The notes under the pieces: generated by a model
Databases searched by the model: none
Seen by the model: the letters and a program-made list of their open reading frames with translations, nothing else
Told to the model about the DNA's origin: nothing
Shown here: one piece after another, positions 17,356 through 29,823 of the stretch
How positions within the stretch are numbered: position 1 is the stretch's first letter
Layout of the letters: every line of letters begins with the position of its first letter
Translations under genes and position numbers: made by a program
NCBI GenBank assembly: GCA_040905715.1
Contig: JBBDRA010000003.1
Coordinates: 459,142-523,141 of the forward strand
Direction: 5' to 3'
DNA from: Minisyncoccota bacterium
GTDB taxonomy: Bacteria; Patescibacteriota; Minisyncoccia; Phycocordibacterales; CSBR16-193
DNA length: 64,000 nt

Positions 17356-18186
17356 ATGAATAAAGCCATCACTATCATCGCCATTCTTGCAATTGTTTTC
17401 CTCGCCGGAATACTCTTGTTCGGCGCGGGAGAGGAGCCAAAAGCAAGTGGCCAGGTATACTTCGGTATAACTGATGCCGCTGCTGACATGGGCAACATTA
17501 GCGAGATCACCATGACAACCGAGCGCGTTGAGCTTCACAGCCAAACCGAAGGCTGGATGACCGCTTCAAGCGAGCAGGAAAGTTTTAACCTCCTTGAACT
17601 TAACGCATCAGGCCAAAACCAGCTATGGGCTCAGGCAGATGTTAATGAGGGTGCGTACGACCGAGTACGAGTCACTATTGCTAGCGTAGAAGTTACAACC
17701 GAGGACGGCGAAACGACCGAGGCAACGCTTCCTTCAAACCACGTTACTCTTGATGGAACAGTAAACGTAACGACCGGTGCAACATCAAGCGTACTGCTCG
17801 ATGTTGAAGCAGACCGATCTATCCACGTCGCAGCAGACAGCAGCTTTGTTTTCGCTCCGGTTATTCAGATGGAGACGCGAAGCAATTCAAACGTAGAAGT
17901 TACTAGCGAAAACATGCTCACTATTACTGGTGGGTCTGTGGACGCAGATGTTACCTTCGGCGTGGATCTCGCTGGAAACAGCCAAGCGAACTTCTCACTC
18001 GATGCCGACCAGGCAATTGAGCTAAACGAAGACGGCTCTATCAACGTTGACCTTGGAGGTGAGTCAGCTACGAGCTCTGATGATAACGATTCCTCAGCTG
18101 ATGTAGAGACTGACACAGAAATTAATGCTGAAACAGACGGCGCGGGAGCCGGTGTAGAAGTGGAGACCGAAGCCAACGTACAGTAA
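17356..18186 (+). CDS. secreted DUF4382-like protein
   Basis: Signal/TM MNKAITIIAILAIVFLAGILLFGAG. The GITDAAADMGNISEITMTTERVELH...GW...FNLLELNASG...GAYDRVRVTI pattern resembles DUF4382 lipoproteins. Confidence 0.5.
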   Translation: MNKAITIIAILAIVFLAGILLFGAGEEPKASGQVYFGITDAAADMGNISEITMTTERVELHSQTEGWMTASSEQESFNLLELNASGQNQLWAQADVNEGAYDRVRVTIASVEVTTEDGETTEATLPSNHVTLDGTVNVTTGATSSVLLDVEADRSIHVAADSSFVFAPVIQMETRSNSNVEVTSENMLTITGGSVDADVTFGVDLAGNSQANFSLDADQAIELNEDGSINVDLGGESATSSDDNDSSADVETDTEINAETDGAGAGVEVETEANVQ

Positions 18187-18217
18187 TTGATCAGGTTTAA
18201 GGTTCCAGTTTATAGAG

Positions 18218-18248
18218 AAAAGCCGGTCGCGTACGCGACCGGCTTTTC
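18218..18248 (+). terminator. intrinsic terminator
   Basis: AGCCGGTCGCG-TA-CGCGACCGGCT followed by TTTCTGG. Confidence 0.65.
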
Positions 18249-18342
18249 TGGTTTGACGGATAACTCTAACCATCATATCCGAAAGAATCGGGCAGGTCAC
18301 GTGTCTATGATATAATAGAAACATACATAACCTTTTAGGCCT

Positions 18343-18870
18343 ATGAAGATCACCGAAAAACTTCCTCAATTTGAGAACGAGACCGCGCTCCTTGTGGTTA
18401 CCGGCAAACAAGACGCGGTCTTTTATATTGCTCAAAACGGTGAAGTGAACGCGGTTGAATCATTCAAGGTAGACAAGCCAAAATACACCGACCTGCACGG
18501 CCACTTTGAAACACGCGCCCACGGCAAAGTAACTCGGGCCGGCTCACCGTATGAACCAACTGATCTCAGCGACGACGCAGTTCGTCAATTCCTCAAAGAA
18601 CTTGAGGAAGAACTAAAAAACGTCTCCCGCCACTACGCTCTTGATTCTCTCTACATTTTTTACCCGTCTCATATGAAAAACAGGATCAGCGAGGTCTTGC
18701 CTCCCAAACTTGCCCGCAAGCAACAGATCGCGATCGAAGGAAACTTTTATGAACACCACCCGTTCAAACTACTGGAACGAATACAGAAAAAGAACTCCTC
18801 TGGAGTGATCAAACCTATCACTGCTACCGCACAGAAGATCCTGAGCAAGATCAAAGGAACAAAAAAATAA
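18343..18870 (+). CDS. hypothetical protein, possibly host-attachment/baeRF-like
   Basis: The N-terminal pattern ALLVVTGKQDAVFYIAQNGE resembles the Host_attach family. This is a weak, memory-based call. Confidence 0.35.
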   Translation: MKITEKLPQFENETALLVVTGKQDAVFYIAQNGEVNAVESFKVDKPKYTDLHGHFETRAHGKVTRAGSPYEPTDLSDDAVRQFLKELEEELKNVSRHYALDSLYIFYPSHMKNRISEVLPPKLARKQQIAIEGNFYEHHPFKLLERIQKKNSSGVIKPITATAQKILSKIKGTKK

Positions 18871-18924
18871 TTCTCTTGCTCGTCTCCCTGCTAACCCCCC
18901 TAATCTTCCAAAGCACAGCACGAA

Positions 18925-18962
18925 CAGAACAAAAGCGCCACTGGCGCTTTTGTTCTGTTTAC
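18925..18962. terminator. bidirectional terminator
   Basis: AACAGAACAAAAGCGCC-ACTG-GCGCTTTTGTTCTGTT long perfect hairpin. Confidence 0.6.
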
Positions 18963-18985
18963 TTTGCCGACTACTTAAGCAAGCT

Positions 18986-19393
18986 CTAGCGTAACAATTC
19001 ATTTCCCTTCTCCTCATCGCTTTCCGGCTCATGGCCCTCCGGTGAGCTTCCGTACATGTTCTCTTGTGCAGCCTCCTGATCGCCAGCGTCCGGCAATTCG
19101 CTCATGTCTTCCGGCTGACCCGGGGTTTTATCGCGATCGACTAGTTTAAAATTCTCTTCTGGCGAGCCATCTATACCATTATCGTTATACTCGAAAGCAA
19201 GGTTGCCGCTTTCGAACTGATCAAAAAACTCCTCCCAGGTAATTCGGCGGTAGCCTGGATCACCGCTAAAATCAAAACGCAGCGTTCCGGAATTGTTCTC
19301 GGTTGTTGTACCGGATATAACCGCCGGCTCTCCACCATGCCCCTCGATCCACGAGCGGATCTCATCATGATCGGTTGTTGTTTTATATGCCAT
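18986..19393 (-). CDS. hypothetical acidic protein
   Basis: 135 aa, Asp/Glu-rich C-terminal half; no family recognised. Confidence 0.45.
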   Translation of the reverse strand: MAYKTTTDHDEIRSWIEGHGGEPAVISGTTTENNSGTLRFDFSGDPGYRRITWEEFFDQFESGNLAFEYNDNGIDGSPEENFKLVDRDKTPGQPEDMSELPDAGDQEAAQENMYGSSPEGHEPESDEEKGNELLR

Positions 19394-19514
19394 TGCATCA
19401 GTATACCAAATCCAAAATTCTTGAAAAAGAACAAGGATTATGCAAAGCTATGTACCCAGTTGTCCTCGTTGCCCATACAACACTCATTCTGCCTACAACA
19501 ACTAAGGAGATACC

Positions 19515-19802
19515 GTGACAAACGCCACTGATGTACACATCGTAGAGGGATTTCAGGAAGTTTACAATGAACTCTGCGAGCTCGACAACGCCCGCATCAT
19601 TCCCCACCCCACGAGCAGGAACGTAACGTATGTTGGACTCAAGGCCGCAATTCAGACCATCGAGAGTGAGCGGCAAACAAATCTTCACATTATGACGGTG
19701 AACGGTGAACAATGGTTCAGTATCACCGGACTTAGCACGGAGGCAGTCATCAACATTCTGAAGAAGTACAATTTTGAGATCGAGGGACCGCGCGCTCTCT
19801 AA
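19515..19802 (+). CDS. hypothetical protein
   Basis: 95 aa; GTG start preceded by AAGGAG. Confidence 0.45.
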   Translation: MTNATDVHIVEGFQEVYNELCELDNARIIPHPTSRNVTYVGLKAAIQTIESERQTNLHIMTVNGEQWFSITGLSTEAVINILKKYNFEIEGPRAL

Positions 19803-19819
19803 CACCTCATGAACATATT

Positions 19820-19856
19820 CACAGCCTCAACCGACGCATCGGTTGAGGCTTTTTTA
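19820..19856 (+). terminator. intrinsic terminator
   Basis: CAGCCTCAACCGA-CGCA-TCGGTTGAGGCT followed by TTTTTTA. Confidence 0.65.
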
Positions 19857-19881
19857 TTCTTTAGCGCTATTTTCCGGAACC

Positions 19882-20442
19882 TTATGCAGCAGGGCCATTC
19901 GGTTCTTCAGCCATCACCACCTTCTGCGGCATCTCTCTAACCTTCTTAAGTTGCTCGTTCAATTTCTCGCGAGCTTCAAAAGGATCACGTGCTCCCGCGA
20001 GAACAACCTCCCGCTCTTCGCCGGCGCTCTGCACGCGCAACTGGCCAAAATTAAACATGGTCGCTATAAAACCGGGAACTTCTGAGCTTATATCTTGAAT
20101 TCGATCGAATCGCAAACTAGCGATATCTCGGTGAAACAACCCATGTTGTTCAATATCAATAATGCGCTGTGGTGTCACAACCCATTCGTCAAGATAATAA
20201 TCCGTCCACAAAATAAAGGCGAGAACCCAAAGCAGAAGCAACCATATGCTGTACAGAAAAGATCCGAGAGCAATATGAGATAACTCGACAGCGATCGGCA
20301 GCTCAATATCAGCTGCAAGTAACCCGAGCAAAGCAGTCGGTGGCACAAGTGCCACCAGTGGCAGCGCCCATACTTTGGCAACATACACAAACCAATGTTT
20401 GCGAACCTCAAACAGAACGTGCTCTCCTTTTTCTAATATCAT
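19882..20442 (-). CDS. bacterial PH-domain (bPH_2/YdbT-like) membrane protein
   Basis: Two N-terminal TM helices followed by a PH-like domain (ILWTDYYLDEWVVTPQRIIDIEQHGLFHRDIASLRFDRIQDI). Confidence 0.5.
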   Translation of the reverse strand: MILEKGEHVLFEVRKHWFVYVAKVWALPLVALVPPTALLGLLAADIELPIAVELSHIALGSFLYSIWLLLLWVLAFILWTDYYLDEWVVTPQRIIDIEQHGLFHRDIASLRFDRIQDISSEVPGFIATMFNFGQLRVQSAGEEREVVLAGARDPFEAREKLNEQLKKVREMPQKVVMAEEPNGPAA

Positions 20443-20458
20443 ATTTGCAGGTAAAAAC

Positions 20459-20698
20459 TCATAACAAGAAATACAGAGTTAATGAAAGAAACGTCACACT
20501 AAGAATAATCGCCACACCGACGAAATAGATGAACTGGGCACGAACGATAACCGTTCTATTCACCCCATAGTACCGCCAATGGTAGTGAAGAATAAAACTT
20601 ACCGTGGCAATAAGCCCAAGAACAAGCCCGAACAATGCCCAGAGTCCGCCGGGAGATGTCGCGTATTCCGCGATCACACTGGTAAGATCAGATCCCAT
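20459..20698 (-). CDS. small membrane protein, hypothetical
   Basis: 79 aa with 2 TM helices; immediately upstream of, and co-directional with, the PH-domain protein. Confidence 0.4.
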   Translation of the reverse strand: MGSDLTSVIAEYATSPGGLWALFGLVLGLIATVSFILHYHWRYYGVNRTVIVRAQFIYFVGVAIILSVTFLSLTLYFLL

Positions 20699-20822
20699 TA
20701 TGTATATATTATATCGTACCAGGCACAGTTATGCGAGAGAGCTACCGTACTGCTATTACGATGCTTTTAAGCAAGATTCGATTGATACCACAGGAGGAAA
20801 CCACTAATAGTGTTGATAACCT

Positions 20823-20849
20823 TTGACACAGGGCTCGAATGTGTATAAT
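20823..20849 (+). promoter_or_regulatory. putative sigma-70 promoter of the V/A-ATPase operon
   Basis: TTGACA at 20823..20828, a 15-nt spacer, and TATAAT at 20844..20849. The 5' UTR would be about 125 nt to the ATG at 20977. Confidence 0.4.
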
Positions 20850-20976
20850 AGGGGCACCTCAGCAAAGAGAAGATCTTTGTACTGCAGTATCATTTTCGAG
20901 CCAAGGAGACGAGCAAAGAATTAATCCCTTAAAGCTTGTTCAAAGGCTCTTTACTACAGCGTTTTATTTTCATTTT

Positions 20977-22791
20977 ATGACAACAGACGACACCACAACA
21001 CAGACAAAATCAGAGCAAGGAGTGATCGAAAGCATCAGCGGTCTTTTGATCAAGGCGAGCGGTATGGGACAGGCAAAAATGTATGAAGTTGTCTTTGTTT
21101 CCGGCGAAAAACTCATGGGTGAGGTTATTGAGCTTAACGGTGACGTAGCCTCCATTCAGGTATACGAAGATACGTCCGGCCTCACGCCGGGCGATATTGT
21201 TACCCGAACCGGCGAGACCATGTCAGCGGAACTCGCTCCTGGGCTCCTCGAATCAATTTACGACGGTATCCAGCGCCCACTAAAACTTATCGAGGAAAAG
21301 TCTGACAGTTTTTACATTCAGCGCGGTGTTAAGGCCGACGGTATCGACCGAGAGAAAAAGTGGGATTTTCAAGCACTTGCAAAAACCGGTGACACGGTAG
21401 TGACCGGTGACATTCTCGGAACGGTTGAAGAAACCTCACTTATCACCCACAAGATCATGGTGCCACCAGAATGCGACGGTATCGTTGAATCTGTTAAAAG
21501 CGGCTCATACACGGTCACCGATACGGTTGCCGTTATCAAAACAAAGGACGGCACAACAAAGGAAATACAGATGCTTCAGCGTTGGCCGATCCGCACACCA
21601 CGCGGAAAAAAAGGTAAGCTTTTTCCGAACACCCCACTGGCGACCGGTATCCGATCCGTCGACAGCCTCTTCCCCATTGCCAAAGGAGGTGCCGGCGCTG
21701 TTCCTGGGCCGTTCGGATCCGGCAAGACCGTTATCCAGCAATCACTGGCCAAGTACTGTGACGCACAGGTTATCGTCTACATTGGATGCGGAGAGCGCGG
21801 TAACGAGATGACCGAAGTGCTCAATGAATTCCCTGAGCTTCTCGACCCGAACACCGGTGAACCGCTTATTAAGCGCACTGTTCTTATCGCCAACACATCG
21901 AACATGCCGGTAGCAGCTCGTGAAGCATCTATTTACACCGGCGTTACCATCGCTGAATACTATCGTGACATGGGATACTCCGTTGCGCTTATGGCCGATT
22001 CAACATCCCGTTGGGCGGAAGCAATGCGTGAGATCTCCGGACGCCTCGAAGAAATGCCGGGTGAAGAAGGATATCCGGCCTATCTTGCATCAAAAACCTC
22101 CGCTTTCTATGAGCGTGCGGGGTATGTTGAGTGCCTCGGCTCAGACGACCGCACCGGCGCACTTACTATCATTGGCGCCGTATCACCTCCGGGAGGAGAC
22201 CTCTCCGAGCCGGTCTCACAGGCAACACTTCGTGTTACCAAAACATTCTGGGGTCTCGACGCAGCACTTGCCTACAAGAAACACTTCCCGACCATTAACT
22301 GGCTCAACTCGTACAGTCTATATGTCGACAACTTCCGAGCTTTCTGGAAAGAAAATGTCGGAGAGGATTTCGAGCAGATCCGTGAAGATGTCATGACGCT
22401 TCTATCAGAAGAGGATCGTTTGAACGAGATCGTTCGTCTTGTCGGCATGGAGGCACTTGCTGACGGCGAAAAGATCATCCTTGAGATCGCTCGATCGATC
22501 CGGGAAGACTTCCTTTTCCAAAACGCTTTTGACGAATACGATGCATACACTCCACTACAAAAACAATACGAAATACTAAAATCAATAGTATCGGTATATC
22601 AAAATGCAAAAGACGCTTCGAGTGCTGAGGAATTTGAATTTGAATCATTCGCTCAACTTCCGGTCGTAAAAGAACTAGCCAATCTTAAAAATTATGACGT
22701 TGATAAACCTGAGTTATTTGAACAATTCCGTGAGCAAGCTGAACGAGAGATCCAAAACCTTATCAGCGTACCGGCTAACATAACCGCCTAA
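20977..22791 (+). CDS. atpA: V/A-type ATP synthase catalytic subunit A
   Basis: Walker A GPFGSGKTV; strong overall similarity to NtpA/AtpA. Start set at the Met after the promoter, because ORF 20839 runs through the promoter. Confidence 0.9.
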   Translation: MTTDDTTTQTKSEQGVIESISGLLIKASGMGQAKMYEVVFVSGEKLMGEVIELNGDVASIQVYEDTSGLTPGDIVTRTGETMSAELAPGLLESIYDGIQRPLKLIEEKSDSFYIQRGVKADGIDREKKWDFQALAKTGDTVVTGDILGTVEETSLITHKIMVPPECDGIVESVKSGSYTVTDTVAVIKTKDGTTKEIQMLQRWPIRTPRGKKGKLFPNTPLATGIRSVDSLFPIAKGGAGAVPGPFGSGKTVIQQSLAKYCDAQVIVYIGCGERGNEMTEVLNEFPELLDPNTGEPLIKRTVLIANTSNMPVAAREASIYTGVTIAEYYRDMGYSVALMADSTSRWAEAMREISGRLEEMPGEEGYPAYLASKTSAFYERAGYVECLGSDDRTGALTIIGAVSPPGGDLSEPVSQATLRVTKTFWGLDAALAYKKHFPTINWLNSYSLYVDNFRAFWKENVGEDFEQIREDVMTLLSEEDRLNEIVRLVGMEALADGEKIILEIARSIREDFLFQNAFDEYDAYTPLQKQYEILKSIVSVYQNAKDASSAEEFEFESFAQLPVVKELANLKNYDVDKPELFEQFREQAEREIQNLISVPANITA

Positions 22792-22801
22792 CTAGAAATC
22801 T

Positions 22802-24208
22802 ATGCCGCAGCAACAACACAAAGAATACAAAACAGTAGATACCGTCGCCGGTCCGCTCATTACCGTTATCGATATCGAAGGTGTTTCATACGATGAACTG
22901 GTTGAGGTGCAGGTTCCGGGAGAAAGCAAAGTACGAAAAGGAAAAGTGCTGACTGCTTCACGAGATAAAGCTGTCGTTCAGCTATTCGAGCCAAACTACG
23001 GAATGCAGGTCGAAGATACGAAAGTACGCTTCACCGGCGAAGTAGCAACAATGGGTCTGTCTAAGTCAATGCTCGGCCGTACCTTCTCCGGAGGTGGCGA
23101 CGTTATTGATGACGGTCCGGCCATCATTCCGGAAACAAAGCGCCCGATCGAAGGGTCTCCTATCAATCCATGGAGCCGACAATTCCCGGACGACTTCATC
23201 CAGACCGGTATCTCCTCGATCGACGTAATGAACACACTTGTTCGTGGACAGAAGCTTCCGATCTTCTCCGCTTCCGGACTACCGCACGGCAAGCTTGCCG
23301 CTCAAATTGCTCGACAGGCGAAAGTGACTACGGGAGAGGACTTCGCTATTGTCTTCGGAACCATGGGTGTGACCTTTGAAGAAGCTGACTATTTCCGCCA
23401 AGAATTTGAAGAGACCGGCGCGATCGAGCGAAGTGTTCTTCTTCTGAACACAGCTGCCGACCCGGTAGTTGAGCGCATCTCAACTCCGCGCATCGCACTG
23501 ACCACTGCTGAGTATCTTGCCTTTGAGCACGGTATGCACGTACTGGTCATTTTAACCGACATGACAAACTACTGTGACGCGCTTCGTGAGGTATCCAGCG
23601 CCCGCAAAGAGATCCCGGGGCGACGTGGGTATCCGGGTTATATGTACACTGACCTTGCCGGTCTCTACGAGCGAGCAGGTCGAGTTAAAGGTAAAGAAGG
23701 TTCTATCACCCAGATACCGATCCTCTCGATGCCGGATGACGATAAGACTCATCCAATTCCCGACCTTACCGGCTACATTACTGAGGGACAATTCATTATC
23801 TCGCGGGAACTTAGTGCTAAAGGTATCTTCCCGCCGGTTGATGTGCAGGACTCGCTCTCACGACTCTGGTCAGCCGGTGTAGGTGAAGGTAAAACACGCG
23901 AAGAGCACAAGGATGTGAAGGACCAGCTATTTGCGTCCTACGCGACCGGACGTGAAGCACGCGAACTTGCCGTAGTGCTCGGTGAAAGTTCCCTCTCTGA
24001 AAGCGACCAAGCACATCTCAAGTTTGCCGAGGCGTTTGAAAAGGAATTTATTAACCAAGGCGAGTTTGAAGACCGAGACGTTGTCGACTCACTTGATCTA
24101 GGCTGGAAACTCTTAACGCTCGTCCCACGCGACTCACTCAAGCGCGTAAAACCGGATACCGTAGAAAAGTATCTCCCTAAAGAAAAATTTGAGATAAAAA
24201 GTTCATAG
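22802..24208 (+). CDS. atpB: V/A-type ATP synthase subunit B
   Basis: 468 aa regulatory-subunit homolog ([29 protein letters not shown]). Confidence 0.9.
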   Translation: MPQQQHKEYKTVDTVAGPLITVIDIEGVSYDELVEVQVPGESKVRKGKVLTASRDKAVVQLFEPNYGMQVEDTKVRFTGEVATMGLSKSMLGRTFSGGGDVIDDGPAIIPETKRPIEGSPINPWSRQFPDDFIQTGISSIDVMNTLVRGQKLPIFSASGLPHGKLAAQIARQAKVTTGEDFAIVFGTMGVTFEEADYFRQEFEETGAIERSVLLLNTAADPVVERISTPRIALTTAEYLAFEHGMHVLVILTDMTNYCDALREVSSARKEIPGRRGYPGYMYTDLAGLYERAGRVKGKEGSITQIPILSMPDDDKTHPIPDLTGYITEGQFIISRELSAKGIFPPVDVQDSLSRLWSAGVGEGKTREEHKDVKDQLFASYATGREARELAVVLGESSLSESDQAHLKFAEAFEKEFINQGEFEDRDVVDSLDLGWKLLTLVPRDSLKRVKPDTVEKYLPKEKFEIKSS

Positions 24209-24222
24209 CACACCGCTAACCT

Positions 24223-24846
24223 ATGCTGAAAGTTAATCCCACACGTGTTAATCTCCTTGCCCTTAAGAAGCGGTTAAAAACCGCTAAAAAAGGTCATAAA
24301 CTTCTGAAAGACAAGCGCGACGGCCTTATCCAGAAGTTCATGCAGATCATCAAAGAAACACGTGAACTTCGCAGTCAGGTCGATCAAGAGCTCGGCGAGG
24401 CCTTGCACACCTACGTTCGTGGATCATCAATGATCAACAAAAAAGTTATCGATGTCGCTTTTATGGTCCCTGCAGCAAATGTCTCCCTGGAGGTCGCGAC
24501 CGAATCGGTCATGGCGGTACGTATCCCCCGTTTTTCTATCCAGAAGGAAGGTAACGGCTTTTCGTACGGATTTCTTGAGACAAATGGTGACATCGATACC
24601 GCTATCAACAAGATCGATACCATCTTCCCGAACCTGGTCAAGCTTGCGGAGTTAGAGAAAACAATAGAAAACTTAGCCGACGAGATCGAGAAGACCCGCC
24701 GACGCACAAATGCTCTTGAGAACGTTATGATCCCGAACCTGAATACCACGATCCGCTACATCAATAGCCGGCTTGAAGAACAGCAACGGGATGCCGTGAT
24801 CTCAAGCATGAAGATCAAGGAGATGATCATGGAACGTGGCGATTAG
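24223..24846 (+). CDS. atpD: V/A-type ATP synthase subunit D
   Basis: MLKVNPTRVNLLALKKRLKTAKKGHKLLKDKRD is the canonical subunit D N-terminus. Confidence 0.85.
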   Translation: MLKVNPTRVNLLALKKRLKTAKKGHKLLKDKRDGLIQKFMQIIKETRELRSQVDQELGEALHTYVRGSSMINKKVIDVAFMVPAANVSLEVATESVMAVRIPRFSIQKEGNGFSYGFLETNGDIDTAINKIDTIFPNLVKLAELEKTIENLADEIEKTRRRTNALENVMIPNLNTTIRYINSRLEEQQRDAVISSMKIKEMIMERGD

Positions 24847-24882
24847 CCAGAAGTATATTATGTAGTCAACTTTATTTCGATC

Positions 24883-25194
24883 ATGGAAACGATACAAACA
24901 ATTTTAAACACCGAGCAGGAAGCGAAACAGCTTCTTGAAAAGGCACGACACGAACGAGGCCAGAAACTTGAGCGAGCGCACGCAAAAGCCCGTGAGGAAC
25001 TAGAGAAATACCGCGAAGAACTTGCCCGAGAATATGATGACGCCCTTGCCACAGTAGAAAAAGAAGCGGAGACAACCAAGAAAAAGGTTCTTGAAGAACA
25101 AAAAAAAGAACAGGCAGCTATTGAAAACAAAGCTCGAGGCAATCACAGTAAAGCAATAAACCAACTTTTAGACACACTTGTACTGAGTAAATAA
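24883..25194 (+). CDS. small coiled-coil protein, probable V/A-ATPase peripheral-stalk subunit (G/H-like)
   Basis: 103 aa all-helical K/E-rich protein between D and I, in the position of the stator G/H subunits. The antisense ORF 24858..25142 is rejected. Confidence 0.4.
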   Translation: METIQTILNTEQEAKQLLEKARHERGQKLERAHAKAREELEKYREELAREYDDALATVEKEAETTKKKVLEEQKKEQAAIENKARGNHSKAINQLLDTLVLSK

Positions 25195-25224
25195 ACCACA
25201 TTTACCTAGCTACCAACCACTCTT

Positions 25225-27712
<2,488 letters not shown>

Positions 27713-27797
27713 CAGCTTAGAGCCTATAGCTTGTAGTCGTTTACTCACAAAGCAAGTAAACACCATTTCCTATAAGCTATCAGCTATAACCTACACT

Positions 27798-28373
27798 ATG
27801 GCCTTAAACGACATTACTCAAAAAATTCTCGACGACGCGCGCACACACGTGACAGAAATAGAAAAAGAAACGATCGAAGAGGTCGCGGTGATTGAGAATG
27901 AAAATAAAAAAAGAAAAGACCAGATCAAACTCGAGCACGACAGTCGTGTGGAGCGCGAGGCAAAGCACCAGCGAAAGCAAGTCATCTCTCACTCAGAACA
28001 AGCTAAGAAGCGCGCGGTCGAAACAACGAAACGTCAGCATATTGACAGTGTTTTTGCTGATACTCACCAAAAGATGATCGACCTGGACGGCGAGAAGTAC
28101 CAAAAAATGATAACCTCTCTCCTCCAAGAACTACCGGAGAACGTGCAGGGAACACTACACGCACCGAGCACCCGAATGGCAGAAACCAAGGAGGCTCTCC
28201 AGTCGGCCGGAAAAGGTGACCTAGACATTGCCGAGGATTCGTCGCTCGACGGAGGCTTTCGTATCTCTGGTAAAACAGCAGATTATGACTATAGCTTTGC
28301 ACGCCTTATAGAGGACGCTCGAGATGCCCACGAGCTTACTATTGCATCAACGCTCTTCGGGGAAACGAACTAG
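27798..28373 (+). CDS. atpE: V/A-type ATP synthase subunit E
   Basis: 191 aa: long N-terminal charged helix and a C-terminal globular domain, the typical subunit E layout. Confidence 0.8.
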   Translation: MALNDITQKILDDARTHVTEIEKETIEEVAVIENENKKRKDQIKLEHDSRVEREAKHQRKQVISHSEQAKKRAVETTKRQHIDSVFADTHQKMIDLDGEKYQKMITSLLQELPENVQGTLHAPSTRMAETKEALQSAGKGDLDIAEDSSLDGGFRISGKTADYDYSFARLIEDARDAHELTIASTLFGETN

Positions 28374-28388
28374 CGCACAAAAGATCCT

Positions 28389-29363
28389 ATGCAATCAAAA
28401 TACATCTACGCCGGGACCAGAGCAAAGACACTCGAACAAGAACTACTGACCGACACTCAGCGGGAAGTTTTGCTTGGAGCAAAAACAATGGATGAATTTT
28501 TTGCCGGTCTGCAGGATACATTTCTTGCTCCGTACCTTGCCCGCGAGTCAGGCGATCTGTCTACAGCACTGGAAGAGGCAGTAACAGACGCCAAGCAACT
28601 TCTTGAGCAGATCGCACCGGAGCCGGAGCTCCTGAATGTCCTCTGGCTTAAGTATGATTTCTATAACCTTAAAGCAGCCATCAAAGGCACGATCGCCGGT
28701 CTTTCCTACGATGAAATAAAAGAGAACTGTTATAAAACCGGCATATACGATGCTGACCGTCTGCTTCAGGCGTATCAAAGCGATCGTATCGGCGTGCTCG
28801 ATAGTCGACTCGGACGCGCCAATACTGAAGCACAGACATACAACCGCATTGCAGACATTGATCTTATCCTTAATCTTCACTATCTTATCTCAATACGAGA
28901 AGTTGCCTTCAAAACAGGCAATCTTTTTGTCCGCTCTTACATAATTCTGCTTATAGACCTTTTCAACCTTAAGGCTGCTCTTCGAACCAAAGCGTTCCAA
29001 AAAACACCGATCCGAGACATGTTCATCAATGGAGGCACCTTCCACAAACATGAATTAGAAGATGCAGAAACCGTGCTCGACCAGTTTCATCGGATCGGAG
29101 GACCGGCTATATGGAAAGACGCGATCGAGGAGTACCGCAAGAACGGCAGCTTCACCCAGATCGAGAAGATATCTGAGAACTACATAGCCGCCTGGCTTCG
29201 CGATCAAAGCTATGAGATATTTTCAGCTGCACCGCTTTTTGCGTATTTCACTGCAAGGAAGAACAACGTTCAGCAGATCCGCGCTATTCATGTAAGCAAG
29301 GCAGCTAACCTTCCTGAACACGACACTCGTGCCACCCTCCGTAATCTTTACTCTAGCCTGTAA
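28389..29363 (+). CDS. atpC: V/A-type ATP synthase subunit C (d)
   Basis: 324 aa; MQSKYIYAGTRAKTLEQELL N-terminus typical of the C/d subunit. Confidence 0.8.
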   Translation: MQSKYIYAGTRAKTLEQELLTDTQREVLLGAKTMDEFFAGLQDTFLAPYLARESGDLSTALEEAVTDAKQLLEQIAPEPELLNVLWLKYDFYNLKAAIKGTIAGLSYDEIKENCYKTGIYDADRLLQAYQSDRIGVLDSRLGRANTEAQTYNRIADIDLILNLHYLISIREVAFKTGNLFVRSYIILLIDLFNLKAALRTKAFQKTPIRDMFINGGTFHKHELEDAETVLDQFHRIGGPAIWKDAIEEYRKNGSFTQIEKISENYIAAWLRDQSYEIFSAAPLFAYFTARKNNVQQIRAIHVSKAANLPEHDTRATLRNLYSSL

Positions 29364-29364
29364 T

Positions 29365-29730
29365 ATGAGCACTCAATACAAAATAGCTGTTGTTGGCCCT
29401 CAAGATCTTGTTTCCGGTTTTCGCGCTCTTGGCGTAGACGTCTTTGACGCAGAAAAAGGAGAAACTGCACTTGAAGCGATCAAGAAGATCAAGCGCATGA
29501 CCTCCCGAGAGCAGACCGGAACCAATGACGAAGCGCGTTACGCTGCTGTTTTTGTGATCGACTCACTTGTTAACGATATTCCCGAAGACGAATACCTAAA
29601 AGCAACTGAAGGGGCGCTTCCTTCGGTAATAACTATTCCCGGCCTCAACGCCGACAAAGAAGCCGGCACTCGAAAACTCCGCCAGCTGACGGAAAAAGCA
29701 ATAGGTAGCGACATACTCTCAAACGACTAG
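29365..29730 (+). CDS. atpF: V/A-type ATP synthase subunit F
   Basis: 121 aa; YKIAVVGPQDLVSGFRALGVDVF matches subunit F. Start moved to the internal Met after the atpC stop. Confidence 0.75.
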   Translation: MSTQYKIAVVGPQDLVSGFRALGVDVFDAEKGETALEAIKKIKRMTSREQTGTNDEARYAAVFVIDSLVNDIPEDEYLKATEGALPSVITIPGLNADKEAGTRKLRQLTEKAIGSDILSND

Positions 29731-29754
29731 CCTTGCCAACACGAAGAATAAGTA

Positions 29755-29790
29755 AAATGCCTCTGAGCTTGCTCAGAGGCATTTTACACG
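29755..29790 (+). terminator. intrinsic terminator ending the ATPase operon
   Basis: AAAATGCCTCTGAGC-TTG-CTCAGAGGCATTTT. Confidence 0.65.
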
Positions 29791-29823
29791 TCTTCCTGCC
29801 GGCAGGCAGGCTCGGCTCGTAAA

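Noticed and set aside
20839-20976. Upstream extension of the atpA ORF (start at 20839)
   Set aside because: It runs through the putative promoter (TTGACA/TATAAT at 20823..20849) and encodes a non-conserved leader. The conserved AtpA N-terminus begins at the Met at 20977.
24858-25142. ORF 24858..25142 (-), Ser/Arg-rich 94 aa
   Set aside because: Antisense to the coiled-coil ATPase stalk subunit gene. Composition is typical of the reverse strand of a K/E-rich gene.
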